Assembly: GCA_964652265.1 (NCBI GenBank)
Contig: CAZZAL010000004.1
Span: forward strand, 590 to 64,589
DNA length: 64,000 bases
Direction: 5' to 3'
Source: an uncultured Planctomycetia bacterium
GTDB taxonomy: Bacteria; Omnitrophota; Gorgyraeia; Gorgyraeales; Gorgyraeaceae
A program made the position numbers and the translations under genes. Below are positions 14,909 through 24,783 of this stretch, piece after piece (the first letter of the stretch is position 1; the number at the start of each line of letters is the position of its first letter). A model generated the notes under the pieces. It saw only the letters and a program-made list of their open reading frames with translations. It made no database searches and was not told the DNA's origin.

Positions 14909-16935
14909 AAATCCTGCTTAAGCATCAGGGGATTGTAACCATACTTGGCAAATATCGTGTATGCTGTCCCGGCTGTGGAGCCGGTCCTTGAACCGCGTGC
15001 CACTCTCCATCCGTGGCCGGTATCAACATCATCTTGGGAGGCATAAGGAAGGCATCCTTCACCCTGACCTACTTTGGACGGGCTTATTATCACCATCTTT
15101 TCTAATTCTGAAAGGTAAAAACTTGCTTTTCTTTTGTAATAACTCTCTTTTGTAAATTCATTTCTTTCTCTATGATAGACCGCCATTATCTTTAAGGTCA
15201 CTACCATCTGCGCTGTCCACTCTGTAGATACAATGCCGCCCCGCGCCAGATGTTCATATTTTCCAAAGTCAAAACCAGTTACTTTAAGATTTTCCCCATC
15301 AGGTCTTAGGTAATCCGTGGTAACAAGGCAATTGGTCTCTGCAAAATCGATAATCTGGTCAGGATCCATATCTAATCCCTTCAGGACTTGTGGGCCAATA
15401 GCCGCAATAGCCCATGCAAACGTATCTGTTGCTATAGTAGCGTCTCCTTTGCCTCTGTTAAGTCGGCCTTCTCGCTTATTAAAGGCATTGTTCTTGATCC
15501 ACCTCAGCGCCCTCTGCTGCGCATCCAGATACCTGCTGTCATCTGTTGTGCTATAGAGCATTCCAAAAAACGCATAGGCATCTAGGTTATGCTCGGTGCT
15601 AAACCAGCTGACATTAGGCCCTCCTCTTATTCCAAATTCCTTGTCTTCTTTCTGCAGGAGAATAACCCATCTCGCTATATCTTCAGCTACTGAAAGAAAT
15701 TGTTCATCTTTAAACTTATCGGCGTACTGAAGAATAGCTATCCCAAGCCATACATTGGGACCCACATGCATGTTATACTCCAAGACGGAACCTGAATAGG
15801 CATCATAGGCATTTGCAAATCCTCCTTCTATTTTCTCGGCCCTTCTTTTGTAAAAATTGAGGATTTTTTGTGCATTACCCTGGTCACCCATTAGGATAAA
15901 AGACTGGCAAGCAAGCGATTGATCATAGGTAAATGCCCAACCCTTCAGGTCTCTATCGCCTTCATAACTTATCACTAAACCCGTAACGCTATTCTGATGA
16001 TTCTTTATCCACTTGTACATATTAGATATGCTCTTCTCCTCTATTATCCTGAATGAGGCCAGGATATCTTCCAGGCTTTCTTCTGCAGAAACCCTGTCTT
16101 GTGACAGTTTTGAAATCCGCTGTTTCAAATATTCTGCTTCCTCTGACAACTCTTCCACTTTTTCAGAAAGCCCTGCCTTTTCAGACACGGCCTCTTTTAG
16201 CAGCTTCCTTGCCTCTACCTTGTCTTGCTCCAGAGTTGCAAGGAGTTTATCTTTTTCCTTGAGTTCGATACTCTTTGACTCTAACTGCCTGACCTTATCC
16301 TGATACCTTTTAAGTTCCGCTTGATTCTCAAAAAGCTCTAGTTCTATTTCTTCGCGCGCGCTGTCAAAATCTAGGATGTTCTTCTCGAGGCCTGACTTCT
16401 TACCTGAGATCTCGACAAGCTGCTGCACCAATTTCTTGTTTTCGCTCCTTAATTTAAAATCTGTCGAATAAAAATAAACGAGACTAGCGATCAAAACCAA
16501 GACTAGGACTGAAATAAGCTTAGGGGCTAACGATATCCTCCTGGCATGGAAATAAATGCGACTGCTTTCTTTTGGGTCTATCTGCAGAAACGAAAGCCCG
16601 ATAAGATATTTATTTGGATACCCTGCCTTTATCTTCTTATGCCAAGCAATAGCTGCTACAGCCTTTGTCTCTCTGGAACTCAAAGGAATATGAAGACGCA
16701 GATCCAGCCTGGGCTTTTTTTGCTTTAGGAGCTGTTCAAAACCCTCATCTACATTATTGACCTCAAGACAAATGCCGCCTTTGCCTACATCCCTTGTAAA
16801 ACCCTGCTTTATACCACTGATCGAACCACCTGTTTCAGGGTCCAAAAGCTGGAACTCCACAGGAAATACCACATTTAACCGGATGTATCTTCGATGTTCA
16901 GCATGCTGAATTTGTTCATCGTGGATTCTTTTCAT
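14905..16935 (-). CDS. PilZ domain - TM - coiled coil - C-terminal alpha/alpha-toroid-like domain protein
   Basis: 676 aa. N-terminal RRYIR...DVGKGG matches the PilZ RxxxR / DxSxxG pattern. One TM helix is followed by ~130 aa of heptad-rich sequence. The C-terminal ~370 aa resemble a six-hairpin glycosidase-like fold; this is inference only. Confidence 0.6.
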   Translation of the reverse strand: MKRIHDEQIQHAEHRRYIRLNVVFPVEFQLLDPETGGSISGIKQGFTRDVGKGGICLEVNNVDEGFEQLLKQKKPRLDLRLHIPLSSRETKAVAAIAWHKKIKAGYPNKYLIGLSFLQIDPKESSRIYFHARRISLAPKLISVLVLVLIASLVYFYSTDFKLRSENKKLVQQLVEISGKKSGLEKNILDFDSAREEIELELFENQAELKRYQDKVRQLESKSIELKEKDKLLATLEQDKVEARKLLKEAVSEKAGLSEKVEELSEEAEYLKQRISKLSQDRVSAEESLEDILASFRIIEEKSISNMYKWIKNHQNSVTGLVISYEGDRDLKGWAFTYDQSLACQSFILMGDQGNAQKILNFYKRRAEKIEGGFANAYDAYSGSVLEYNMHVGPNVWLGIAILQYADKFKDEQFLSVAEDIARWVILLQKEDKEFGIRGGPNVSWFSTEHNLDAYAFFGMLYSTTDDSRYLDAQQRALRWIKNNAFNKREGRLNRGKGDATIATDTFAWAIAAIGPQVLKGLDMDPDQIIDFAETNCLVTTDYLRPDGENLKVTGFDFGKYEHLARGGIVSTEWTAQMVVTLKIMAVYHRERNEFTKESYYKRKASFYLSELEKMVIISPSKVGQGEGCLPYASQDDVDTGHGWRVARGSRTGSTAGTAYTIFAKYGYNPLMLKQDL

Positions 16936-17028
16936 ATTTATAAGATATTAGCAGTGATTTCTTATAAAAGCAAGTGAAATTCTTAACTTGCAATTCCTGC
17001 CTGACTCCAATAGAATATAGTTAACATT

Positions 17029-17439
17029 ATGTTAGGCAAAAATACAAATAATTCGGGGTTTACTCTTCTAGAACTCATGATAGGCGCTGCAGTTCTGATC
17101 ATCGCCCTGGTAGGACTTATAGCAGCTTATATAGGGTGTTTTGCCCTCAATGAAAGCGCAAAGAATCTTACGATCGCCACAAACCACGCCCAATGCGTAA
17201 TGGAAGAGATCCGTGATCGCAACGTTACTTCTAATATCACCCAGGAAGACTGGACAGCATGGGCAGCAGCAGATCTTCCGGATGGCGGAGGCTGCAATAC
17301 CCTGGATACTGAGGCAGTCCAAGTAAGCTATCCCTCTGGCACAACTATAGACCCATTAGAGATCCTGGTTACGATCAGCTGGTCAGATAGAGGTAGAACA
17401 AAGAATATTCAGACAGTAACCTTATTGACGGAACGGTAA
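17029..17439 (+). CDS. prepilin-type minor pseudopilin (GspI/PilV-like)
   Basis: G|FTLLELMIGAAVLIIAL is an N-terminal cleavage/methylation motif. The C-terminal ...LVTISWSDRGRTKNIQTVTLL is typical of GspI/PilV. Confidence 0.7.
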   Translation: MLGKNTNNSGFTLLELMIGAAVLIIALVGLIAAYIGCFALNESAKNLTIATNHAQCVMEEIRDRNVTSNITQEDWTAWAAADLPDGGGCNTLDTEAVQVSYPSGTTIDPLEILVTISWSDRGRTKNIQTVTLLTER

Positions 17440-17442
17440 ATT

Positions 17443-17880
17443 ATGAAGGGGCTTAGTCTAATTGAATTAATGATCACACTACTTATCTTCTCGGTCATCC
17501 TTGGCGCGATATACGGCGTCATGACCATGGGGCGGTCCTCTTATCAAACCGGGGATATCCAGATCACTGTCCAGCAAGAAGCGAGAAAGGCGATGAACAA
17601 GATAACAACTGAACTGCGAGAAGCTAGCTCCGTCAATCTCAGCAATGAATACCCGTTTACTATCTGGGGGCAAAAGATAAAATACGAAGTTACCGATAAC
17701 CAACTACAAAAGGTCATCCAGGGAGGCAGCACTACTGTGCTGGCAAACAACGTCGGGAACATTCAGTTTACTCTCTATGGCGGTGATACAGTCTACGTAA
17801 GCGTGTCAACGCAAAAAAATACCTTTCTCGGACGGAGCTTAAGTGCAAATTTAACATCTCAGGTTACGCTGAGAAACTAA
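17443..17880 (+). CDS. prepilin-type minor pseudopilin (GspJ/PilW-like)
   Basis: MKG|LSLIELMITLLIFSVILGAIY is a methylation motif. 145 aa. Confidence 0.7.
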   Translation: MKGLSLIELMITLLIFSVILGAIYGVMTMGRSSYQTGDIQITVQQEARKAMNKITTELREASSVNLSNEYPFTIWGQKIKYEVTDNQLQKVIQGGSTTVLANNVGNIQFTLYGGDTVYVSVSTQKNTFLGRSLSANLTSQVTLRN

Positions 17881-17884
17881 AATA

Positions 17885-19174
17885 ATGCTGAAAAATAAAA
17901 AAGGAATTGTCCTCATCGCTTCATATATAGTGATCGTAGTCCTTACGATCCTCGGGGCTGCCTTTATCTCCAGAAGCTTAAGTGAAACAAGGATCGCTGA
18001 GCGAGAAAGAAATTATATGCAGGCATTCTATATTGCTGAGGCTGGGGTAGATTATGCGATTGAACAGCTGCGTGGCGGGACATCATCAGGCCAAAACTCT
18101 GCCACCATGAATGATGCCAACGCTAACAGCATAGGATACTATAATTCCACATGGCAGAGAATGGGCTCTTCCTCAAGGTGGGAGGTCATATCCAGCGGCT
18201 TTGTCGGAGATACAGAACGAAAGGTTCGTATAGAGCTCGTGCCTGATACATTTGCGCGCTATCTTTACTTTACCGATAACGAACACTTCCGCTGGAGATG
18301 GTGGAGGATACCTGTGTGGTTTACAACAGGTGATAACTTAGGAGGACCTCTGCAGACAAATGCCCACTTTCATATCTCTGGTGATCCTGTATTTACTGAT
18401 TCGAATTTTCACCTCCCAGTTAAAAGCGAAGACGATTTCATTACCTACATGAATGGAGGCTGGCCAATAAACAGTACTGCTACTTCCAATGCGCCAACAG
18501 ACAACCCTGTTTTTCAAGAGGGGCTAGAATTAGATGCGGACAGGATACCTTTCCCCAGTAAAGCCCTAGATTTACGCACTGCCGCTGTTCATGACGGACT
18601 TATGCTTACCGGTCCAACAACTATCGTACTCAAGGACGACGGAACTATGGATGTTACCAATTCACATCGCGGCTGGGTAAACGAAAACACACCCTTACCT
18701 GAAAATGGAGCCTTATTTGTCAATGGAGGCAATCTTGATATCTCAGGAATATTAAATGGACAGCTGAGTGTAGGGACAAACAGGAGCATTGTTATACCTG
18801 ATAATATTACTTACAACACAAACCCCAGGACAGACCCCACGTCCACAGATACCCTGGGTCTGATTGCTGAAAAGGACGTGGTAATTAGTAGAAATGCCCC
18901 TCATGATTTAGAAATTGCTGCAAGCGTTATGGCACTAGGTGATTCGTTTACGGTCGAAGAGTACTGGCAGGGACCAGCAAAAGGCACGCTGAGTGTTTAT
19001 GGAGGTATCATCCAGGATGAACGCGGCCCTGTAGGTACATTTAATGCCAGCACCAATACTAAAGTAAGCGGTTATAGTAAAGACTACCAGCATGACACAA
19101 GGCTAATGAATAATCCACCGCCTTTCTATCCTACAACAGGTGACTATGTTGTAGCATCATGGCAGGAGGAATAA
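17885..19174 (+). CDS. PilX/GspK-like pseudopilin-related protein (429 aa)
   Basis: The N-terminus KKGIVLIASYIVIVVLTILGAAFISRS...AFYIAEAGVDYAIEQL looks like PilX_N/GspK. The remainder looks like a beta-rich domain. Confidence 0.6.
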   Translation: MLKNKKGIVLIASYIVIVVLTILGAAFISRSLSETRIAERERNYMQAFYIAEAGVDYAIEQLRGGTSSGQNSATMNDANANSIGYYNSTWQRMGSSSRWEVISSGFVGDTERKVRIELVPDTFARYLYFTDNEHFRWRWWRIPVWFTTGDNLGGPLQTNAHFHISGDPVFTDSNFHLPVKSEDDFITYMNGGWPINSTATSNAPTDNPVFQEGLELDADRIPFPSKALDLRTAAVHDGLMLTGPTTIVLKDDGTMDVTNSHRGWVNENTPLPENGALFVNGGNLDISGILNGQLSVGTNRSIVIPDNITYNTNPRTDPTSTDTLGLIAEKDVVISRNAPHDLEIAASVMALGDSFTVEEYWQGPAKGTLSVYGGIIQDERGPVGTFNASTNTKVSGYSKDYQHDTRLMNNPPPFYPTTGDYVVASWQEE

Positions 19175-19175
19175 T

Positions 19176-19595
19176 ATGAATAAACAAAAAATAAAAAATA
19201 TTGAGCTTAATATAGCTATTTTCTTGGCAATAGCTTTATTAATAACAATTGCCGTCATCTTTTCAAAGGGCAACAAGAAAAAAATAGAGCCTATCAAAGC
19301 GCCTGAGGTAAAAAAAGAACAAACAGCTCTAAAACCACAGATTCCTCAACCAGCAATCGAAGAAATCAAAGATGACTATATTGAAAAAGCAGAGACTATT
19401 GCAGAAGAGGCTGTTGAAGAAGAAAAAGAAGAACCATACGAAGAAATTACACTGTTAAAAGACCTCCCTCTTGATTTAACCGCCGATGAACAAAAGATGC
19501 TTGAAGAGACAGAAGAGAGTAAAACCTCCCTTAATACCCAGCCCAGCTACGAAGACATAAAGGTCATCCAGCAAAAAAATCTCGTCATCTATTAA
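19176..19595 (+). CDS. membrane-anchored acidic protein (hypothetical)
   Basis: 139 aa with one TM helix and a Glu/Lys-rich tail. Tightly linked to the pseudopilin genes. Confidence 0.45.
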   Translation: MNKQKIKNIELNIAIFLAIALLITIAVIFSKGNKKKIEPIKAPEVKKEQTALKPQIPQPAIEEIKDDYIEKAETIAEEAVEEEKEEPYEEITLLKDLPLDLTADEQKMLEETEESKTSLNTQPSYEDIKVIQQKNLVIY

Positions 19596-19635
19596 CTTAG
19601 GGCTTCTGGTAATGTCAAAAATGTCAAATTAGCAC

Positions 19636-19664
19636 TTGACAAAGATAGTTTGGTATGCTAATAT
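19636..19664 (+). promoter_or_regulatory. near-consensus sigma70 promoter of the marR-tolC-RND operon
   Basis: TTGACA-17 nt-TAATAT. A tandem AATGTCAAA AATGTCAAA repeat lies just upstream. Confidence 0.55.
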
Positions 19665-19681
19665 TTAGTTAGGCGAACTAA
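19665..19681. promoter_or_regulatory. candidate MarR operator palindrome TTAGTT-aggcg-AACTAA
   Basis: Perfect 6-bp arms start immediately after the -10 element, ahead of the AGGAGG and the ATG at 19702. Confidence 0.45.
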
Positions 19682-19701
19682 GTAACTATAGGAGGTTATT
19701 T

Positions 19702-20136
19702 ATGGCTACGATTGACGAATTAACCCGTGAAATCTCTATAATGGTTCCCAAGCTTATGAAAGGCGCCAGATCAAACTTTCTCGCTAAATCCAATATCTCA
19801 ACCGCTCAGATGATAATGCTCGTCTCGATCCATGATCACGGACAATGTAAGCTCAAGACCCTAGCCAAGGAACGCGGCATCTCCCCTCCTACTGCAACAG
19901 GTCTCATAGATAGGCTCTTGGGGGCTGGTTATGTAAAAAGGGGCTCTGACCCTGAAGACAGACGGGTCGTGATGGTGTCTCTTACAAAAAAAGGCGAAAA
20001 TGCCGTGCAGGACTTTTTGAGCACAGTGCGAAAAAGATGGAAGAATATTCTGGTCCACCTTACTTCAAAAGAACAGCACCAATACCTTAATATAGTCAAA
20101 AAAATCGTTTCCATCTTATCAGGAAAAGAAGGCTGA
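19702..20136 (+). CDS. MarR-family transcriptional regulator
   Basis: 144 aa with the winged-HTH segment LKTLAKERGISPPTATGLIDRLLGAGYVKRGSDPEDRRVVMVSLTKKG. Confidence 0.85.
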   Translation: MATIDELTREISIMVPKLMKGARSNFLAKSNISTAQMIMLVSIHDHGQCKLKTLAKERGISPPTATGLIDRLLGAGYVKRGSDPEDRRVVMVSLTKKGENAVQDFLSTVRKRWKNILVHLTSKEQHQYLNIVKKIVSILSGKEG

Positions 20137-20141
20137 TTAAA

Positions 20142-21614
20142 TTGAAACTCCTCTTGAACCTTTTAATAATATTAAACCTTGTACTTTTTCCGTGCCGAGA
20201 AATCCTATCCCGGGAAATAGAAAAGGATCCGCCTCTATATATATCAGTCAATGACGTCAGATTAATCGCCATAAGCAATAACCTTGATATAAAACTTGCG
20301 CGATTGGATTCCAAGATAAAAGGTACTGAGCTCAGTTATGAAGAAGCTATTTTTGATACAATTCTAAATGGGGAGATAGGCTATACCGACGACCAAAGAA
20401 AGGTCCCATCGTCTCTTTCCGGCACAAAAGGCCTGACAAATAACTACAATATAGGTATTGATAAAAAACTCAGGAGCGGAACTGACGTAGAAATAGATTT
20501 TACCAACAAAAGAGAATGGACAGATTCTACCTATGTCTCTACAAATCCATATCATGAATCCCAGATAGAGATAAACCTTACCCAGCCAATAGCCAAGAAC
20601 TTCTTTGGCCTGATTGACCGTGGCAACATAGAAATAGTCAAATATGAAATAAAAAACTCTGAACTAGACTCATATATAAAAATAGAAGATGCCATCATCC
20701 TAACTGAAAAGGCATATTGGGAACTGGTGCTTGCCCAAGAAGAATTCAAAATAAAAAAAGAAATACTTAAAAAAGCTATTAGGCTTTTCAATCAGCATCG
20801 TAAAAAATTAAAGATCGGGATTATTGAAACAGGTGATGTACTGGCAAGCGAAGCAAATATGCACTCCAGAGAAAGCGACCTTTTAATGGCATCGAATGCA
20901 CTAGAGACATCTGAAGAACTCTTAAGGGTCAGGCTAAATATAAAAAACGAAATTAACCTATCCCCTACTGATACCCTTGTAGGCGCAGATTTAAACGCCA
21001 CTCTTGTAGGGAGTCTGCGATTGGCCTTTAAAAACAGGCGTGATTACCTATCAGCAAAAAATGACATAGAGGGCAAAAAAATAAAACTAAAGATGAAATC
21101 TAATTCCCTCTTCCCGCAGATAGACCTAAAAACTACCTTTGCTCAAAATGGAATTGATTCTGGATACGCCAGAGCAATCGAAGGCGTCTATGAAGATTCA
21201 AATCCTAAATACTATGTAGGTATAGAATTCTCGTATCCACTTGAGAACAATGAAGCCAAGAGCGAGCACAAAAGCGCAAAATTAGAAAAGGCAAAAGCTA
21301 TCGTGAGCCTGCAAAAAACAGAAAGGCTCATCATATCTGATATCGACGAGAAATTCAGAAATCTATCTGTAAACAAGGTGAATATCTCAAAGATGGAACG
21401 CGTGGAAAATCTTCAAAACGGGAAATTGCGCCAGGAAGAAAAAAGGTTTGAATATGGGCGTTCGTCTTCGGATACACTGATACGCTATCAGGAAGACCTT
21501 TTAAATGCTAAACTGGCAACACAAAAGGCATATCTCGACTACAGGATCTCTATATTGGAATTGATGGGAGCCGAAGATAGCTTTCTTAAGCATGTAGGAT
21601 TGGAGCAATTATGA
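20142..21614 (+). CDS. TolC-family outer-membrane efflux protein
   Basis: 490 aa. Signal peptide and duplicated coiled-coil/beta architecture typical of OEP proteins. Confidence 0.75.
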   Translation: MKLLLNLLIILNLVLFPCREILSREIEKDPPLYISVNDVRLIAISNNLDIKLARLDSKIKGTELSYEEAIFDTILNGEIGYTDDQRKVPSSLSGTKGLTNNYNIGIDKKLRSGTDVEIDFTNKREWTDSTYVSTNPYHESQIEINLTQPIAKNFFGLIDRGNIEIVKYEIKNSELDSYIKIEDAIILTEKAYWELVLAQEEFKIKKEILKKAIRLFNQHRKKLKIGIIETGDVLASEANMHSRESDLLMASNALETSEELLRVRLNIKNEINLSPTDTLVGADLNATLVGSLRLAFKNRRDYLSAKNDIEGKKIKLKMKSNSLFPQIDLKTTFAQNGIDSGYARAIEGVYEDSNPKYYVGIEFSYPLENNEAKSEHKSAKLEKAKAIVSLQKTERLIISDIDEKFRNLSVNKVNISKMERVENLQNGKLRQEEKRFEYGRSSSDTLIRYQEDLLNAKLATQKAYLDYRISILELMGAEDSFLKHVGLEQL

Positions 21615-24600
21615 GCTTACCGCGTTTTAGTATCAACCAATCTCTTTTTGTCAATCTGGTCTCCATCCTCATAATCATATTCGGGCTGATAGTAGTAGTA
21701 GGTATGAATAGAGAAGTATTTCCGAATGTTGACTTCGATATAGTAAGCGTGACCACTGTATATCCAGGAGCTACCCCTCTTGATATTGAAAAACTTATAA
21801 GCGTGCCCATTGAAAAAGAATTAAAGGAAGTAGATGGTATAAAAGAGATAAAATCATCCTCAGCAGCAGGCGCATCTTTTATTGTAGTCAAGCTAGACCC
21901 TGACGAACAAGACAAGAAAAAAGTCGTAAACGATATTCAGACTGCTGTGGACCGCGTAAAAGACCTGCCTAAAGATATATACGAAGACCCTATTGTAGTC
22001 GAGGTTTCTTCCAAGCAATATCCTGTAATCGAAGTATCTATTTCAGGTAATATGCGTGAGAAAAAACTGCAATATTACGCCGATGGGCTCGAAGATCTTC
22101 TCGAAGATATAAAAGGAGTTGCCAAGATAAATAAATCCGGTTACAGAGATAGGGAACTTCAGGTCCATCTTGATCCTGTAAAAATGCGCGAGAAGTATGT
22201 CTCCTTTGACGAAATCGAAGGAGCCCTTTCTTCTCGCAACATCAGCGTGCCTGCAGGTGAGATTAACACAAAAACCACGGAATACAGCATAAGGACCACA
22301 GGGGAATTCTCTACTGCCAAAGAAGTCGAAAATATAATAATCAGGGCAAATGATACGGGAAACTGGCTCAGGATCAAGGATATAGCAGAAGTGATCGATT
22401 CATTTAAAAAAGAAGACATAATAAACAAGACCCTTGGCACGCGTTCTATCAACCTCGTAGTAATGAAAAAAGAGTCCGGCGATGCTATTACCGTTGTTAA
22501 GAAACTCAAAAAAATATGCACTACCTTTCTAAAAAACTGCCGCGATGATCTCGAAATCTCATATGTAAACGATTATTCCTTCTTCGCAAGAAGACGCCTC
22601 AATGTATTGAAAAACAATGGATGGGCCAGTCTTATCCTGGTTATCCTTGCGATGCTACTCTTTTTACAGCGTCGCGTTGCACTTATGACAGTCCTTGGAA
22701 TCCCAATCGCGTTTCTTGCGACTTTTATAGCAATGGGAATGATGGGTATCACCATAAATCTGATAAGCATGTTCGGATTAATCATAGTCCTCGGAATGCT
22801 GGTAGACGACGGGATTATAATCGCTGAAAATGTATACCGTTATATGGAACAAGGTATGCGCCCAAGAGAAGCAGCTGTCAAGGGCTCTGAAGAAGTCATG
22901 GGCGCAGTCACAACAGCTGTCTTCACCACAATAGCAGCTTTCTCTCCCCTTCTATTTATGACAGGTATTATAGGTAAATTTATAAGAAACATCCCAACCG
23001 TGCTCATTGTAGCACTACTGGCTTCTTTAGGAGAAGCACTTATAATATTACCGAGCCATTTGGCAGATTTTGTAAAGATAAAATATGACTCCTACGGAAA
23101 ACCCACAAATATGACAAAAGACATGCCATGGTTTAAGAAACTGATAGAGTTTTATACAAAAGTGGTAAGGGCTGCTATAAAGAGAAAATATAAGGTCGTT
23201 GCGAGCCTTACAATAGTGCTTCTCATATGTACCTTTCTTGCGTTTTCAGTGATTAAATTCATACTTTTTCCGTCATCAGGCATAAATTATTTCTTTGTAA
23301 GGGGTGAAGCGCCGATTGGAACGCCGCTACAGAAAACAAACGAACTCATACTTCCTGTAGAAGAGATAGTATCGCAGCTGCCTCCTGAAGAACTAGAAAC
23401 ATTTGTAACCTCTGTAGGAAACATAGCGGAAGACCGGCATGACCCTTTTGCGGGACAGGCAAGTCGTCTTGTGCAAGTAGCTGTGTATCTCACGCCTGAA
23501 GCGGACAGAAAAAGGCAGGTTGAAGACATAATAGAAGATGTCCGCGTAAAGGCAAAAGATATAAAAGGCTTCGTAGATCTCAGATTTGACAAACCCGAAT
23601 CAGGACCTCCCGTAGGTAAGGCAGTAGAGGCAAAGATCCGAGGTGAAGATTTTGATACACTCGATGAGATCGCAGGAGAATATATGGACTATCTCAAGAC
23701 TATAGAAGGGACTACTGATGTAACATGGGACCATAAGCCTGGCAAGGAAGAGATACGCGTAAAAGTTGACAATGATAAAGCTACATTAGCAGGTCTCAGC
23801 GTAGCACAGATAGCCAAAAGTGTAAGAACAGTCTTTGAAGGAAGTATCGCCACAAAGATCAAGCCTGTTAAGGCAGAAGAAGAAACCGACGTGACTATAA
23901 TGTTCCCTGAAGAGATTTCAGGAAACATGAATGTCTTTGACGAGATACTCATTCGTAATAAATTTGGTAATCTCATCCCGCTTAAAAACGTAGCGACCAT
24001 AGAAACAGTACCAGGTACGACGACTATCCACCACCTCGACGGAAAACGAGTAGTCACTGCCTCTGCTAACGTAGATACGGATAAGACGACTTCTCTCAAG
24101 GTCAACGGTATGCTGGAGAAAAAATTCAAAGATCTATCGCAGCTCTATTTAGGATATTCTGTTAAATACGGGGGTGAACAGGAAGAAACCCTGGATTCAT
24201 TGATGAGCCTCCTGAAGGCCTTTTTCTTCGCCTTTCTCATTATATATCTTATTCTAGCCTCTTCTTTTAAATCTATTGTCCAGCCGTTCATTATAATGCT
24301 TGCTATTCCATTCGGCTTGATCGGCGTGATTATAGCATTTCTAGTACATGGCATGCCATTGTCATTTATGGCTATCCTGGGGATAGTTGGACTTAACGGC
24401 ATTGTTGTCAATGATTCAATTGTGCTTGTAGATTTTATTAACAAACTACGAAGAGAAGGTATGAACAGGCGTGAATCAATAATAAAGGCCGGACAGATGA
24501 GGCTGAGGCCAGTCCTCCTGACCACAATCACCACAGTAGGCGGGCTTTCTACTGTTGCCTACGGCATAGGAGGAAAAGATCCATTCCTTGTGCCAATGGC

Positions 24601-24751
24601 GCTTTCTATATGCTGGGGCATCAGCTTTGCAACAATCCTCACATTAATAGTAATCCCGTGCATCTATTCTATAGTAGACGATATGGCGCTGAGAATAGCA
24701 AAAAAACCGAGTTTTATCCGCACCGCCAAGATCAACGACAATAAAGTTTAA
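21611..24751 (+). CDS. RND efflux transporter permease (AcrB/CzcA superfamily)
   Basis: 1046 aa. 12-TM layout with two large periplasmic loops. The N-terminus FSINQSLFVNLVSILIIIFGL...VYPGATPLDIE is typical. Confidence 0.85.
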   Translation: MSLPRFSINQSLFVNLVSILIIIFGLIVVVGMNREVFPNVDFDIVSVTTVYPGATPLDIEKLISVPIEKELKEVDGIKEIKSSSAAGASFIVVKLDPDEQDKKKVVNDIQTAVDRVKDLPKDIYEDPIVVEVSSKQYPVIEVSISGNMREKKLQYYADGLEDLLEDIKGVAKINKSGYRDRELQVHLDPVKMREKYVSFDEIEGALSSRNISVPAGEINTKTTEYSIRTTGEFSTAKEVENIIIRANDTGNWLRIKDIAEVIDSFKKEDIINKTLGTRSINLVVMKKESGDAITVVKKLKKICTTFLKNCRDDLEISYVNDYSFFARRRLNVLKNNGWASLILVILAMLLFLQRRVALMTVLGIPIAFLATFIAMGMMGITINLISMFGLIIVLGMLVDDGIIIAENVYRYMEQGMRPREAAVKGSEEVMGAVTTAVFTTIAAFSPLLFMTGIIGKFIRNIPTVLIVALLASLGEALIILPSHLADFVKIKYDSYGKPTNMTKDMPWFKKLIEFYTKVVRAAIKRKYKVVASLTIVLLICTFLAFSVIKFILFPSSGINYFFVRGEAPIGTPLQKTNELILPVEEIVSQLPPEELETFVTSVGNIAEDRHDPFAGQASRLVQVAVYLTPEADRKRQVEDIIEDVRVKAKDIKGFVDLRFDKPESGPPVGKAVEAKIRGEDFDTLDEIAGEYMDYLKTIEGTTDVTWDHKPGKEEIRVKVDNDKATLAGLSVAQIAKSVRTVFEGSIATKIKPVKAEEETDVTIMFPEEISGNMNVFDEILIRNKFGNLIPLKNVATIETVPGTTTIHHLDGKRVVTASANVDTDKTTSLKVNGMLEKKFKDLSQLYLGYSVKYGGEQEETLDSLMSLLKAFFFAFLIIYLILASSFKSIVQPFIIMLAIPFGLIGVIIAFLVHGMPLSFMAILGIVGLNGIVVNDSIVLVDFINKLRREGMNRRESIIKAGQMRLRPVLLTTITTVGGLSTVAYGIGGKDPFLVPMALSICWGISFATILTLIVIPCIYSIVDDMALRIAKKPSFIRTAKINDNKV

Positions 24752-24783
24752 CTTTACTCTCTTATTATAAAATAATTGGGAAA

